The position numbers and the translations under genes are program-made. DNA of 60,637 nucleotides, the filler included, from Hausera hauseri (lineage: Eukaryota), in assembly GCA_046269625.1 (NCBI GenBank). It is 11 parts of 11 records of this genome, joined end to end, with 100 filler letters (N's around TTAATTAATTAA, not from the genome) between each part and the next. Parts side by side here need not be neighbours in the genome. Positions count along the whole stretch, not along the records: positions 1 to 8,603 come from JBJURY010585444.1; positions 8,704 to 13,310 come from JBJURY010507686.1; 9 more parts are not named here. One strand, 5' to 3'. Under the pieces are notes generated by a model, which worked only from the letters and a program-made list of their open reading frames with translations, was not told the origin of the DNA and made no database searches. Of this stretch, positions 1 through 9,200 are shown piece by piece; positions within the stretch are counted from its first letter, which is position 1; the number at the start of each line of letters is the position of its first letter.

Positions 1-1637
1 GATCTTTGTTTCTCTTTTCTTTCTCCTTCCTTACTTCTTTTCTTAAATAAGTAGTCAAAAACGGATGTTTTCCTTTTAGTCGTTTTTCCGCTTTCGGTTT
101 CTAGTTTCTGAGGAATTTCGGGTATCTTAAATAAATAATCCTTTGTGGAACAGCATGTACTAGGTCTTTCTTGTATTTGCTTCTGATTTTGTACTGCTTC
201 GACTTTCAACCCTTGTATAGTTATTTGATAGTTCCACCTTGGGGTAATCTCAACACTTTTGGGTGGAGAATATGGGCGAAAATTTCTGCGATAACGTGTG
301 TTAAAATCTTGGGTTCTTGGAAAATTTAGTAGGTTCTGTACAGGATTATGGGGAACCCATTCATGTTCCAACTTCAGTCCAGCGCTTATATCTCTTAGGT
401 ACTGGGATCTTTGGCTGGCGGTCAATATTCTACTGATTTTAATATTTCCCCCGGTCATAGCTTCTATCATTAACTTAAACCGGCCTTCTGGGGTCAATAA
501 AATATGGCCTTTTCTTTCTTTATCTTTGATCTGTATTTGTTTCACGACGTATGGGTGAGATTCTATTTCTCTTATTCCAGCTAAGTATTCTATTGGTATA
601 TCTAATTTTTTCATTATTCTCTCTACTTGATACCCCACTAAGACGTATCCGTAGAAACATTGTGCCACCTCTTGTTGTACTAATTTGACGTCCTTCCCTT
701 GACTCAATTGGTCTCTTCTAATCCCAGTAACTTCCGCATGAGTTTCAAGCATTTTTTTTATTGGAGTAATAGTTTTCGAATAAATTTCGACTCCGTTTTC
801 TTCCCGGATGGATATTTCGATTGGAATATAATCTTCTTCTCCCTCTCCATAATTTACTGCTACAATTCGGATGTTGCGGTCATTTGCTACCAGCCTAAAA
901 GACTGTAGATGATTTTCTTGTTCTGGTTCTGTAGGCCTTTGTCTAAATTTTATAATAGGTAGTACGGCATGTTTTGGTTCTTCTTTGGTCGTTTCAATCA
1001 TCATTTTGACTGGCAAAGCGGCTACGCGGAATTCTAGTTCTCTATCCTTGAAGTTCTTGCTATCGAACACGAACGTACTGAATCGGCTTTGTCTTCCTTG
1101 GAAGGAATCCCATTTTTGTTCTTTCAATCGATAATATATTTCTCCGTCGGCTAGATGTACATATATTCTTTGTTTCTCGTCTGCTTGATATTGAGCGATT
1201 TGCTTAAAGGGATAGGCTCTGGCGTCTTTATCTTCCCTCCATGCGTATAGATATACTGTCCGGTTTTCCTCGGTCATTCCCTTTAGACCATTTGGGATTT
1301 CGCTGACTCTATCATACTGGACCATATTTTTTTCTTGTAATTCATTATTGATCTGTCTGTATATGGCTTTAGAATTGGGAATTCGTACGGTTACAATTTT
1401 CTGCAAAAATTTGTCGATACTAAGTCGGCTTGTAGCGTTTTGGGTATCGTTTTCGGTGTCGACTCTAATTCGGCTCGCATTCTCCCCTGCGTCGATCCTA
1501 AGTCGGCTAGAATCCATTTGCGTCTGGTTACTTACCAATCTGAAGAAAAGGAGATAAAGGTTAGTTCTAAAACAAAGGATTGTTTTGAACCAAAACCAAT
1601 TCTTTGTTTGATGACAGAATAACCTGTTCTGTAATTG
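1..1637 (-). CDS. ORF missing from the ORF track (open to the window edge, ~545 codons, first ATG at 1517): degenerate DEDDh (REX4/ISG20-like) exonuclease-domain protein
   Basis: Hand translation has no stop from 1637 to 1 and is in frame with pol. It contains RIVAVNY...IEISIREENGVEIYSKTITP...HAEVTGIRRDQLSQG...VQQEVAQCFYGYVLVG...GIREI, which follows the REX4-like pattern and aligns with ORF 38330..39691 (IPNGLKG vs IPNNLKG; TGIRRDQL vs TGIRESDL). Confidence 0.8.
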
Positions 1638-4600
1638 TCAGGTTATTTTATCATATGGATCTACAGGATTCTCTAAGTCCCTTAGTTCCCATTCCGAATT
1701 TTCATGGCGCTTAAAATAACAGTTTTTGGTGACTAATCGAAAAATCGCAATTAATATGATGAGAACAATTATTGACGATACCATGATAGATACGATTTTT
1801 AGTGTAGTTGATCCCATCGGTTCTTGTGTGGTAACTCGAGTTGTGATCTGCTCATCTATATCCTCATAAGCGTGGGATTCTGTACGAATCTCCCTTAAAG
1901 TTCGTATTGTAATGGTCTGATTTTGCTTATTTTTTGCGCATATTTGCACTATATAATTGGTTTGTGATTTTAATAAATTACATTCTGTTTGATAATTATT
2001 GCTGAATAAAGTTAACATTTGATTATTATACGTTGTCCGACAATTTATGTATATATCATAGTTTTGTTTCTCTTCCACGGAAAATACCATCTTAGACCGA
2101 TACACCGAATATTTTATAGGAATACTTCCTAGTTCTCCTTTAGGCACGCTGGTCGGCGTAATGGTTGACGTAAGGGTACTAATTTGAGTAGTTGATTTTT
2201 TTGTGGTGGTCTTTATTGAAATTTTCCAAATTTTATGTTCCGGGTAGTAAGTTCGTAGTTGTACACTTGGCTTATTCGGCTGTATTTTATACAAGTCAAA
2301 TCTTATTTTGAATTCTCGGTTTACAGGTATTTTGCAGAAAGGATTTTGCACAACTGCTCGAATAGAACAATATTCTATTTTCGGTGTCGGTCCATCTGTT
2401 GCTTCGAACATAATACTAATTTCCTGACTAAAAGTTAATCCTGTTTTAGCGTTTACTTGGATACATTGCTTGTCCTTATTCACAGAAATCCTCTGGATAT
2501 TTGCATCTAATATTTTTATATTTGGATCGGTGTTTCGGATTATCTCGTCCGTTTTTGCCTGAACCGCATCCTTTTGTTGTGGCATTTGTATTATGAGCTC
2601 GGAGGCTATATTGGCTTGAGCCCCAAACTTATAGGAATAGAATAGCTGAAAGCTATATCTATAGATTTTTCCGAATTCTAGATTACAACATCTCTTGTGA
2701 TTTCCGTATGGAAAATCGCATACACTCATTTCATCCCCATTAGTTATAAATGTTATCTGAAATCCTATGTGTCTCTGAACAGGATTGTCTGTTTTAAACC
2801 ATGCACATGGCTTTTTCCAATCCATGTCCCGTATTCTGAGTGTCTGTAAATTCTGGATATCCCTTTGTTTGGCGCTTGATTTTACCGTATGTATATATGC
2901 GGTTTTTAATGATAAAGCTAAAATTATCTGAACATATGATATCGGTCTAGTAACTATCGACGAAGTTTTCACTTCTCGTTGGCGCAAATTATAACGTTTG
3001 TTTGGTCGTATTTCGGTCTTGACGACCCTTTGTACGGATACAACCTCTTCTTTTCCGTTCTTGTTGATATATATTGTGGTCGGTGTCACTCGGATTACTT
3101 CATACGGTCCTCTACCCGTACGAGTTAGTTTCAGCGAGGTGCCTTTTTTAGCTACTGGATAATGTACATAAACCCAATTTCCTTGCTCTATATTATGCGG
3201 TTTCGCTTTCTTATCATATTGCTTCTTGAATTGCCCTTGATATTCTTGAGATAGTTCCTTAGCGATCTCCCAACACCTTTTTAATCGCATTTGTAACACC
3301 TCTGCAAAATTCTGCTCTAAATCTTCCGGACTAACTGTGTATGGCGTCATTCCTAAGTCCGTAGGCAACACGGCTTTACGTCCATACATCATAAACAGTG
3401 GTGTAAATTTCGTTTCTGGATATGGCGTGGTATTAATTGCAAATTGAGTTCCTTCTAAAAATTCGTCCCAATCCTTTTGGTCCTTAGCCACTACTGTTGA
3501 CAATATACGCATGACGGTAGCATTCATTCGCTCGACCATCTCGTTGCATTGGGGATGATATGCGGTAGTCGTTAATCGTTCGATTTCAAATATCTTAGTG
3601 ATTTTTTCAAATAATTCACTGGTAAAATTTCTTCCTCTATCAGTTAGTATCTGATCTGGTGGTCCGTAACGGCAAATAATTCTTCTTACAACGGCTTCTG
3701 CCAAGGTTTCGGCCTTTTGATCTATCAATGCGATCAATTCAACAAAGTGAGTTAGGCGATCAATACATGTTAAGATATACTTATTGTTCTTGTGAGTTGC
3801 AGGAAGAGGTCCTACGATATCCATTGATATGGTCTGCATGGGCCTATCGGGTACGTTTATTGGTTTTAATTCGGCCATGTAGTTCTTCGTCTTTTTCTGT
3901 TTAGTTACACATACTTTGCAAGCATTTACCCAATTTTTTACGTCGATGTAAATACTAGGCCAAAAGTATTTATTCATTATTCTTTCTAACGTTTTCTTCC
4001 AGGACATATGTCCGGCTAAGTATGAATCATGTTCGGACATTAGTACTTCGGTTCGTAAACTTTTTGGAATAACTATCAGCTTCTTTCCTTTTCGTTCGTA
4101 ATATAAGATGTCTTTTTCGCTTCCGTCATTTATGACGAGATATTTATGTCCGTATCTGTGTAAATGTTTCCTTAACTGTCGCGCTTTTGGTATGATTTTC
4201 TTTGTAGCAAATTCTATAATTTGCGGAATAACTTTGTCGTTTCTTTGTTCCCCTGAGATCCTGATTGCTTTATGTGTCGTTAATGCGCGTTGACGGTCTA
4301 TTATTTCCTCGAGTTGACCTTTCTTCATTACAGTGATTGCGCTTACTTTAGTCTTTAATCTCGATAGTGCGTCAGCGTCGACATGTTTATTTCCTGGCTT
4401 ATACTGGAATTCAATATTATATCTGGAAATTTCTTCAATCCATCTATTAAGTCTGCACGTCGGGTTATTGGCTCGACCCTTTAAGGTCGTAACGGCTTTA
4501 TGGTCAGTTACAATTATGATCTTCTGCCCGTAAACATAAACGTTAAAATGTCGAAGTGCTTCTTTTACTGCTAGAGTCTCTAATTCCGTAACGGAATAGT

Positions 4601-5198
4601 TTTTCTCAGCTTTCTTCAAAGAACGTCCGCCATAAGCAATTGGATGTTCTAATTCTTCATCTTCTCTTTTCTGCGCTAATTCGTATCCGATACCTTCTTT
4701 ACTGGCGTCTGTCTTGATTATAAATGGTAACTTAAAATCTGGGTAGCGTAAGACGGGTTCGCTTGTTAATATTTTCTTCATTTCATCAAAAGCTTTCTGC
4801 TCAACCTCTGTCCATTTCCATTTAATCCCTTTTTTAAGCAGACGATAAAGAGGCGCATTGATTTTTGAATTATCCGGTACATAGGTTGCATAGTACCCGC
4901 AAAGCCCTAACCAGTGTCTTAGTTCTTTCTGGTTTTGTGGTTCCATGCAGTCCGATATTTTATTCAATAATGATTTATCTGGTTTTGATCCCCCTTCTCC
5001 AACTATATGTCCTAAGTAGGATACGGCATTTTGAGCCCATTTGCATTTCTTCGGATTTAGTTTTAGCCCGGCCTGTTCCAGTCTAATTAGTGTGTGCTCA
5101 ATATCTCTTAAGTGTTCCTCTTCAGTTCTCGACGCTATCATTACGTCATCCAGATACGCAAAAGCGTGATCCAATCCCATTAGCATTTTATTTATCAT
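1638..5198 (-). CDS. pol: Pol C-terminal part (RT core, RNase H, integrase) fused to a signal-peptide-like segment, three FN3-like repeats and a TM helix
   Basis: AYLDD; IIKTDAS...NYSVTELETLAV...TDHKA; HDSYLAGH...CKVC; MDIVGPLP...TDRGRNF...VERMN; GPY. Then ISYVQIILALSL (~2880-2945), Cys-containing beta repeats including LKSQTNYIVQICAKN, and TM IVSIMVSSIIVLIILIAIF (~1740-1800). Confidence 0.92.
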   Translation of the reverse strand: MINKMLMGLDHAFAYLDDVMIASRTEEEHLRDIEHTLIRLEQAGLKLNPKKCKWAQNAVSYLGHIVGEGGSKPDKSLLNKISDCMEPQNQKELRHWLGLCGYYATYVPDNSKINAPLYRLLKKGIKWKWTEVEQKAFDEMKKILTSEPVLRYPDFKLPFIIKTDASKEGIGYELAQKREDEELEHPIAYGGRSLKKAEKNYSVTELETLAVKEALRHFNVYVYGQKIIIVTDHKAVTTLKGRANNPTCRLNRWIEEISRYNIEFQYKPGNKHVDADALSRLKTKVSAITVMKKGQLEEIIDRQRALTTHKAIRISGEQRNDKVIPQIIEFATKKIIPKARQLRKHLHRYGHKYLVINDGSEKDILYYERKGKKLIVIPKSLRTEVLMSEHDSYLAGHMSWKKTLERIMNKYFWPSIYIDVKNWVNACKVCVTKQKKTKNYMAELKPINVPDRPMQTISMDIVGPLPATHKNNKYILTCIDRLTHFVELIALIDQKAETLAEAVVRRIICRYGPPDQILTDRGRNFTSELFEKITKIFEIERLTTTAYHPQCNEMVERMNATVMRILSTVVAKDQKDWDEFLEGTQFAINTTPYPETKFTPLFMMYGRKAVLPTDLGMTPYTVSPEDLEQNFAEVLQMRLKRCWEIAKELSQEYQGQFKKQYDKKAKPHNIEQGNWVYVHYPVAKKGTSLKLTRTGRGPYEVIRVTPTTIYINKNGKEEVVSVQRVVKTEIRPNKRYNLRQREVKTSSIVTRPISYVQIILALSLKTAYIHTVKSSAKQRDIQNLQTLRIRDMDWKKPCAWFKTDNPVQRHIGFQITFITNGDEMSVCDFPYGNHKRCCNLEFGKIYRYSFQLFYSYKFGAQANIASELIIQMPQQKDAVQAKTDEIIRNTDPNIKILDANIQRISVNKDKQCIQVNAKTGLTFSQEISIMFEATDGPTPKIEYCSIRAVVQNPFCKIPVNREFKIRFDLYKIQPNKPSVQLRTYYPEHKIWKISIKTTTKKSTTQISTLTSTITPTSVPKGELGSIPIKYSVYRSKMVFSVEEKQNYDIYINCRTTYNNQMLTLFSNNYQTECNLLKSQTNYIVQICAKNKQNQTITIRTLREIRTESHAYEDIDEQITTRVTTQEPMGSTTLKIVSIMVSSIIVLIILIAIFRLVTKNCYFKRHENSEWELRDLENPVDPYDKIT

Positions 5199-5216
5199 TC
5201 TGGTAAATATGGCTGG

Positions 5217-6509
5217 TCAGGTGGTAATACCAAACGGCATGACGTTAAACTCATAAACACCGTCATGTGTCTTGAATTCCGTTTTATAGCGATCTTTGTC
5301 CTCTATTTTCACTTGCCAATATCCGGATTGTAGGTCCAGAGTAGTAAACCATTTCGCTCCTGAGAGTCTGTCTAAGGCTTCCTTCACTGATGGTAAAGGA
5401 AAACAATCTTTCATCATAAGATTATTTAGAGCTCTGTAGTCGATACAAAATCGGTGTTTCGTAGTGCCTTTCTTTTTAACCATAAGAATGGGCGAGTACC
5501 ACGATCGATAACTGGGTCTAATTATGTCCGCCTTCAGCATCCGTTCGACTTCCTTTGTTATCTCGGGTTTTAATGAATGTGGTGGAGGGTACCATTTCGG
5601 CATTTTCTGATCTTCTAAATCTATTTCTTCATTTGAACCAGGCTTCTTCTTGAGCGGGATGGTTAATTTTAACGCTTTTGCTCTACCAATATCTTCTTCA
5701 TCCTGAGCAATAATCGATTTATAGCGGCATAATAGTTCATAAAATTGGCAATAAGACTCAGGTGAAAACTTGGTATCGACGTGTGGCGGAAACTCAGCAC
5801 ATTTATAAGGTTTTTCTTCTATAGTTATCGACGCTACTCTATATGTATCGCCCAGAGTGGTGTAAGCATGGAGTTTAGTGGGAGTCTGTGCATTGTTCGC
5901 TATTCGGATCGGTACTCGACCGGAGTGTACTCTCGTAAGTACATTACTAAGTGTTATATTAGGATTTAACGTTTCCTTTGGTTCGAAATACACTGGTTGG
6001 TCGTCATCTTGTTGGATTTGCGCGTAAATTATTATTTCCGTTCTTGGTGGGATATTCTCGTCTACCGGTATCCATACTTCTCCAAGTTTCCTATCCTTAG
6101 CGTTTTTAATACCTCTTTTTGATCTAATTTCGATTAACTTCCCTGTTTGTAAGTCAATCGCTATATTTGGTAGCCTTTTTAATAAATCGCATCCTAGGAC
6201 GACATCGTCAGTTAAATGTTCCATAATTGCAAATTCGTGTCGAAAAGTTTGTCCAACTAATTGGATTTCCGGGTTCCATTTAAACATTGGTTTTGACATC
6301 TGACCGAAAGCTCCTGTACCACCCGGATCTTTTATAGATTGCGGGTATAAGTGTCCTCTTAGCGTTTGAGGTATTGAATCATTTTTGATGTAAGATATCT
6401 CGGATCCTGTATCGATTAGTGCATAAACTTCCCAATCCTCAATAATAATTTGGCGAACGGTCTTCCTTCGATCACTGTTCCAAAGCAGTTTGATGCTGTC
6501 TTTGGACAT
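5217..6509 (-). CDS. pol: Pol N-terminal part: aspartic protease, spacer, RT N-terminus; separated from the rest of pol by a premature TGA
   Basis: ALIDTGSEIS...VVLGCDLL; SPILMVKKK...RFCIDYRALN...LDLQSGYWQV...MPFG. The junction reads FGITT*PAIFTRM where the sister element has FGLKNGPPTFQR, consistent with a GGA>TGA nonsense mutation. Confidence 0.92.
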   Translation of the reverse strand: MSKDSIKLLWNSDRRKTVRQIIIEDWEVYALIDTGSEISYIKNDSIPQTLRGHLYPQSIKDPGGTGAFGQMSKPMFKWNPEIQLVGQTFRHEFAIMEHLTDDVVLGCDLLKRLPNIAIDLQTGKLIEIRSKRGIKNAKDRKLGEVWIPVDENIPPRTEIIIYAQIQQDDDQPVYFEPKETLNPNITLSNVLTRVHSGRVPIRIANNAQTPTKLHAYTTLGDTYRVASITIEEKPYKCAEFPPHVDTKFSPESYCQFYELLCRYKSIIAQDEEDIGRAKALKLTIPLKKKPGSNEEIDLEDQKMPKWYPPPHSLKPEITKEVERMLKADIIRPSYRSWYSPILMVKKKGTTKHRFCIDYRALNNLMMKDCFPLPSVKEALDRLSGAKWFTTLDLQSGYWQVKIEDKDRYKTEFKTHDGVYEFNVMPFGITT

Positions 6510-8603
6510 CTAGTCACCGATATTTTGTGCCCGTTTATTGTTACTTCTGGGGCGGATACTGTTTTTCGATAACTGTCTTAAGTCTCCGTTTGGATATAAT
6601 TCATTATTTTCTACGTGCAATTCTTCCCTTTCATGAGTACTAATTAGAGGTTCCCTATTGTTAGTATGTAGTTCAGTATGCTGAAAGGTTTTAAATCTTG
6701 GGTTATCCCAAACTGTTGATCTAGTTTCAATATTCTTTGCTTCTCTTGGTGAGTATATCATCTTAGGATCCTCCGTAGATTGGCGGTAACACATTTTACG
6801 TAAAATTCCATATCGTTCCGTTCCTTCATAAGGGTCTTCTACATTAATTGTTCTTTTATAAATTTCTGTCTGATACGAGCTCATGGACCGTTTGTCACAA
6901 TCGTCATAGAATGGAGCTGTAGGAGGTAGCATGGGCAATGGCGCTTTAACGACAGAGTACACCTTATGCCTATTTATTTCCGACAATGCTTCTCCTCCCT
7001 TAGGCTCATCATCATCTGAATTATTCCTTCGTATAACGGTTTTTGCAAATTTTTGTTTCCGTAAAAATATCGGTCTTCCTTTACGTTTACGATTGTAGTA
7101 ATCTACGTGGCGTTCCACGTCCGATTTCCATCTACTCTGTTCGTATGCTTTCAGAAATTTTCCACAAGGCGTTATGATCGCTGTCAATATTTTACAAGAA
7201 AATCCAGTTAGTGTAAAAATTTCGTATCCATTTATTACAGCTTGGATGACTGCCTTAATCATTTGGATTAGAAAGTATATCGCCAAAAATCCTGATGCTG
7301 CCTGTCCGAATATCAAAACTCTTCCCCAAATTTTGTAGAGTATTTCTGTTCTTACTCTCTGATAGTGATTTACGCCAAGTAATGATTCCCATTTAGCTTG
7401 ATATCTGGTGTCGTCTACTACAGACGCCATCGCTTGATTTAGCTCATGTGTTCGTTGTCGTGGGAAAGCAAGGAATTGTCTGAAAGCCTCGATTTCTTTT
7501 GGCCTGTATATGCCTTTCGATGAGGTGTCCTGAAATTTGTCGTCTGTAATCCCTTTTGCTAGGTTCGTTCCCGTCAGTTTGTTGGGAGCGGCGGTAATGC
7601 CTCCATTAGGTAGACTAACCCAGTCGGTTTCGCTACGTCTAAATATGGGCTCTCCCAAGCTTGCTTTACAATCTTTAAGAATGATTGGTCGTGTCGCATT
7701 ATCTAATAACACTCTCGTCAATGGCGTAGCCAATCTTGGAGTATTTTGATAAATGACAGGAAGCTCTTGGATGCAACGTTTTTCTTCTACGTTGATGGGT
7801 ACTTCCCTCTTTTCGCATTCATAGGTTAGCAACACTTCGCCCGTAACTCGACCGAAGATTCCTTCTCTCATAGGAATGATCGGAGAGGCTAATTCCGGGT
7901 TTGCATATATGAGAGCCGTTTTAGTTCTCATAATTTCGGTATCCAGTTTGCAGTCATTCGTAATCATTTTGTTATATAATTCAGTTATTCCGACCTGTCC
8001 TTTATAATAGAAGTAATCGTCTTTGTTTTTCAGACAATCTTCAATCCGAATATCTTGCGTTTCGAGTTTGTAAGTTTTCACATTTATCTCTGTTTCAGCT
8101 ACAAAGAACGCTTCATAGTTTGTAGCGAACATTACTACATCGCAGCAAGTCATCATTTCTTTCTTTATAAATTTTAATCCATGCGGGTCTGAAATTAATA
8201 TAGTCGGTGTAGGATGTTCCGATACATCTTCGCGTGTTCTCGAGTTAGTCTCCGATTTGTCTACATATCGTTTTCCGGTGGTTTCATTAAACTTTAATTC
8301 TTTAATTTTAATAAAATTACAATTTCTCCCAGAAAGAGTTTCCCATATTACGATCGAGCTTCTAAAACCACATGTTCCGTCTTGTATATGAAATTTCTGG
8401 TTCTCGGTGTATAATTTTGTGACACTATGGAACATTACTTTCTGTGGTCAAATTTCTGCTTCATAAAAATCCACAACCACGACATTTGATTCTAATCCTT
8501 TTCCCGTATCGTATTCTGCTCCATTACAATGTCCGCTATGCATATCCAGTCTTCCGGCTACTACTTTATATGTGCTGATTATTTTTCCTGGTTGCATCTC
8601 TAG
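6510..8603 (-). CDS. env: Chuvirus (Jingchuvirales)-like envelope glycoprotein, C-terminal part, with a long cytoplasmic tail
   Basis: The motif series typical of chu-like G is present in order: LYNKMITNDCKLD, GEVLLTYEC, CIQELPV, PLTRVL, KGIYRPKEIEAFRQFLAFP, IWGRVLIFGQAASGFLAIYFLIQMIKAVIQAVINGY. The frame extends from 8435 to the contig end across one TGA at 8448 (Arg in the second copy). Confidence 0.85.
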
Positions 8604-8703
8604 NNNNNNNNNNNNNNNNNNNNNNNNNNNNNNNNNNNNNNNNNNNNTTAATTAATTAANNNNNNNNNNNNNNNNNNNNNNNNNNNNNNNNNNNNNNNNN
8701 NNN
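8604..8703. other. Artificial contig linker N44-TTAATTAATTAA-N44 (also at 13311-13410, 20855-20954, 25680-25779, 32179-32278, 36492-36591, 41642-41741, 46955-47054, 51322-51421, 56324-56423)
   Basis: Ten identical 100-nt blocks; the central 12-mer places stop codons in all six frames. Confidence 0.98.
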
Positions 8704-8733
8704 CATGGGGATTTAAATAAATCGAGAGATTTG

Positions 8734-9200
8734 TCAGTCAACTGTACAAAAAATAAATTCATCAAATAATTTGATCATAAATACATTTTCATTAGTCCAT
8801 TCAATGTATCGTTCACATGACCCATATTCATCATAAATCAATGACATATAACTAATTGAGGTATTCGTATGCTGTGGTGGAGACCATTGAAGTGAAATGA
8901 AATATTCTGTAGTAGTGACATTCATGTTGTCTACACATCCTGTTGCTACTACGGAATAAGAAAATGAGTTAACATGAATTCAATACTTGTATTTATATTC
9001 GTGCATTTTGGAATGTTACATGACCTTTCATGGGTTATCGCACACCATTTGTAATGAGAATGATTTGTTTGTGTGCAAATATTCACAGAGTCATTTCCTT
9101 GTGTCTTGTTGATCCATTTCATACAACTCACTGCAGTAGTATCATCAATGCAGTAGATGAAACAATCTGAAATAACGAGTCGTAAATATAAAATTGAATA
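8734..9200 (-). CDS. Host gene exons: kringle-like domain followed by an FN3 domain (receptor-like protein, partial)
   Basis: CMKW...NICTQTNHSHYKWC...SCNIPKC resembles a kringle. Removing a ~38-nt GT..AG intron (gtattgaattc...ttccgtag, ~8949-8986) joins it in frame to GCVDNMNVTTTEYFISLQWSPP (FN3-like). Confidence 0.5.

Larger units (their letters stand above)
1..8603 (-). mobile_element. Large Ty3/Gypsy-like LTR retroelement, internal region (G - PR - RT - RH - IN - FN3/TM - exonuclease-like), truncated at both ends
   Basis: PR-RT-RH-IN order with DTGS, YLDD, TDAS, HHCC, DDE and GPY motifs. As given, 8603->1 is one reading frame broken only by stops at 8448, 6510, 5217 and 1638. Confidence 0.93.

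Noticed and set aside
6555-6570. G_AAA_AAC as a -1 frameshift site into pol
   Set aside because: The -1 frame closes within a few codons (TAA) and does not lead to the protease.
5217-8450. TGA reassigned as a sense codon (alternative genetic code)
   Set aside because: The TGA positions correspond to different residues in homologues (Arg, Gly), TGG is used for Trp, and the 51422-54809 pol has no internal TGA.
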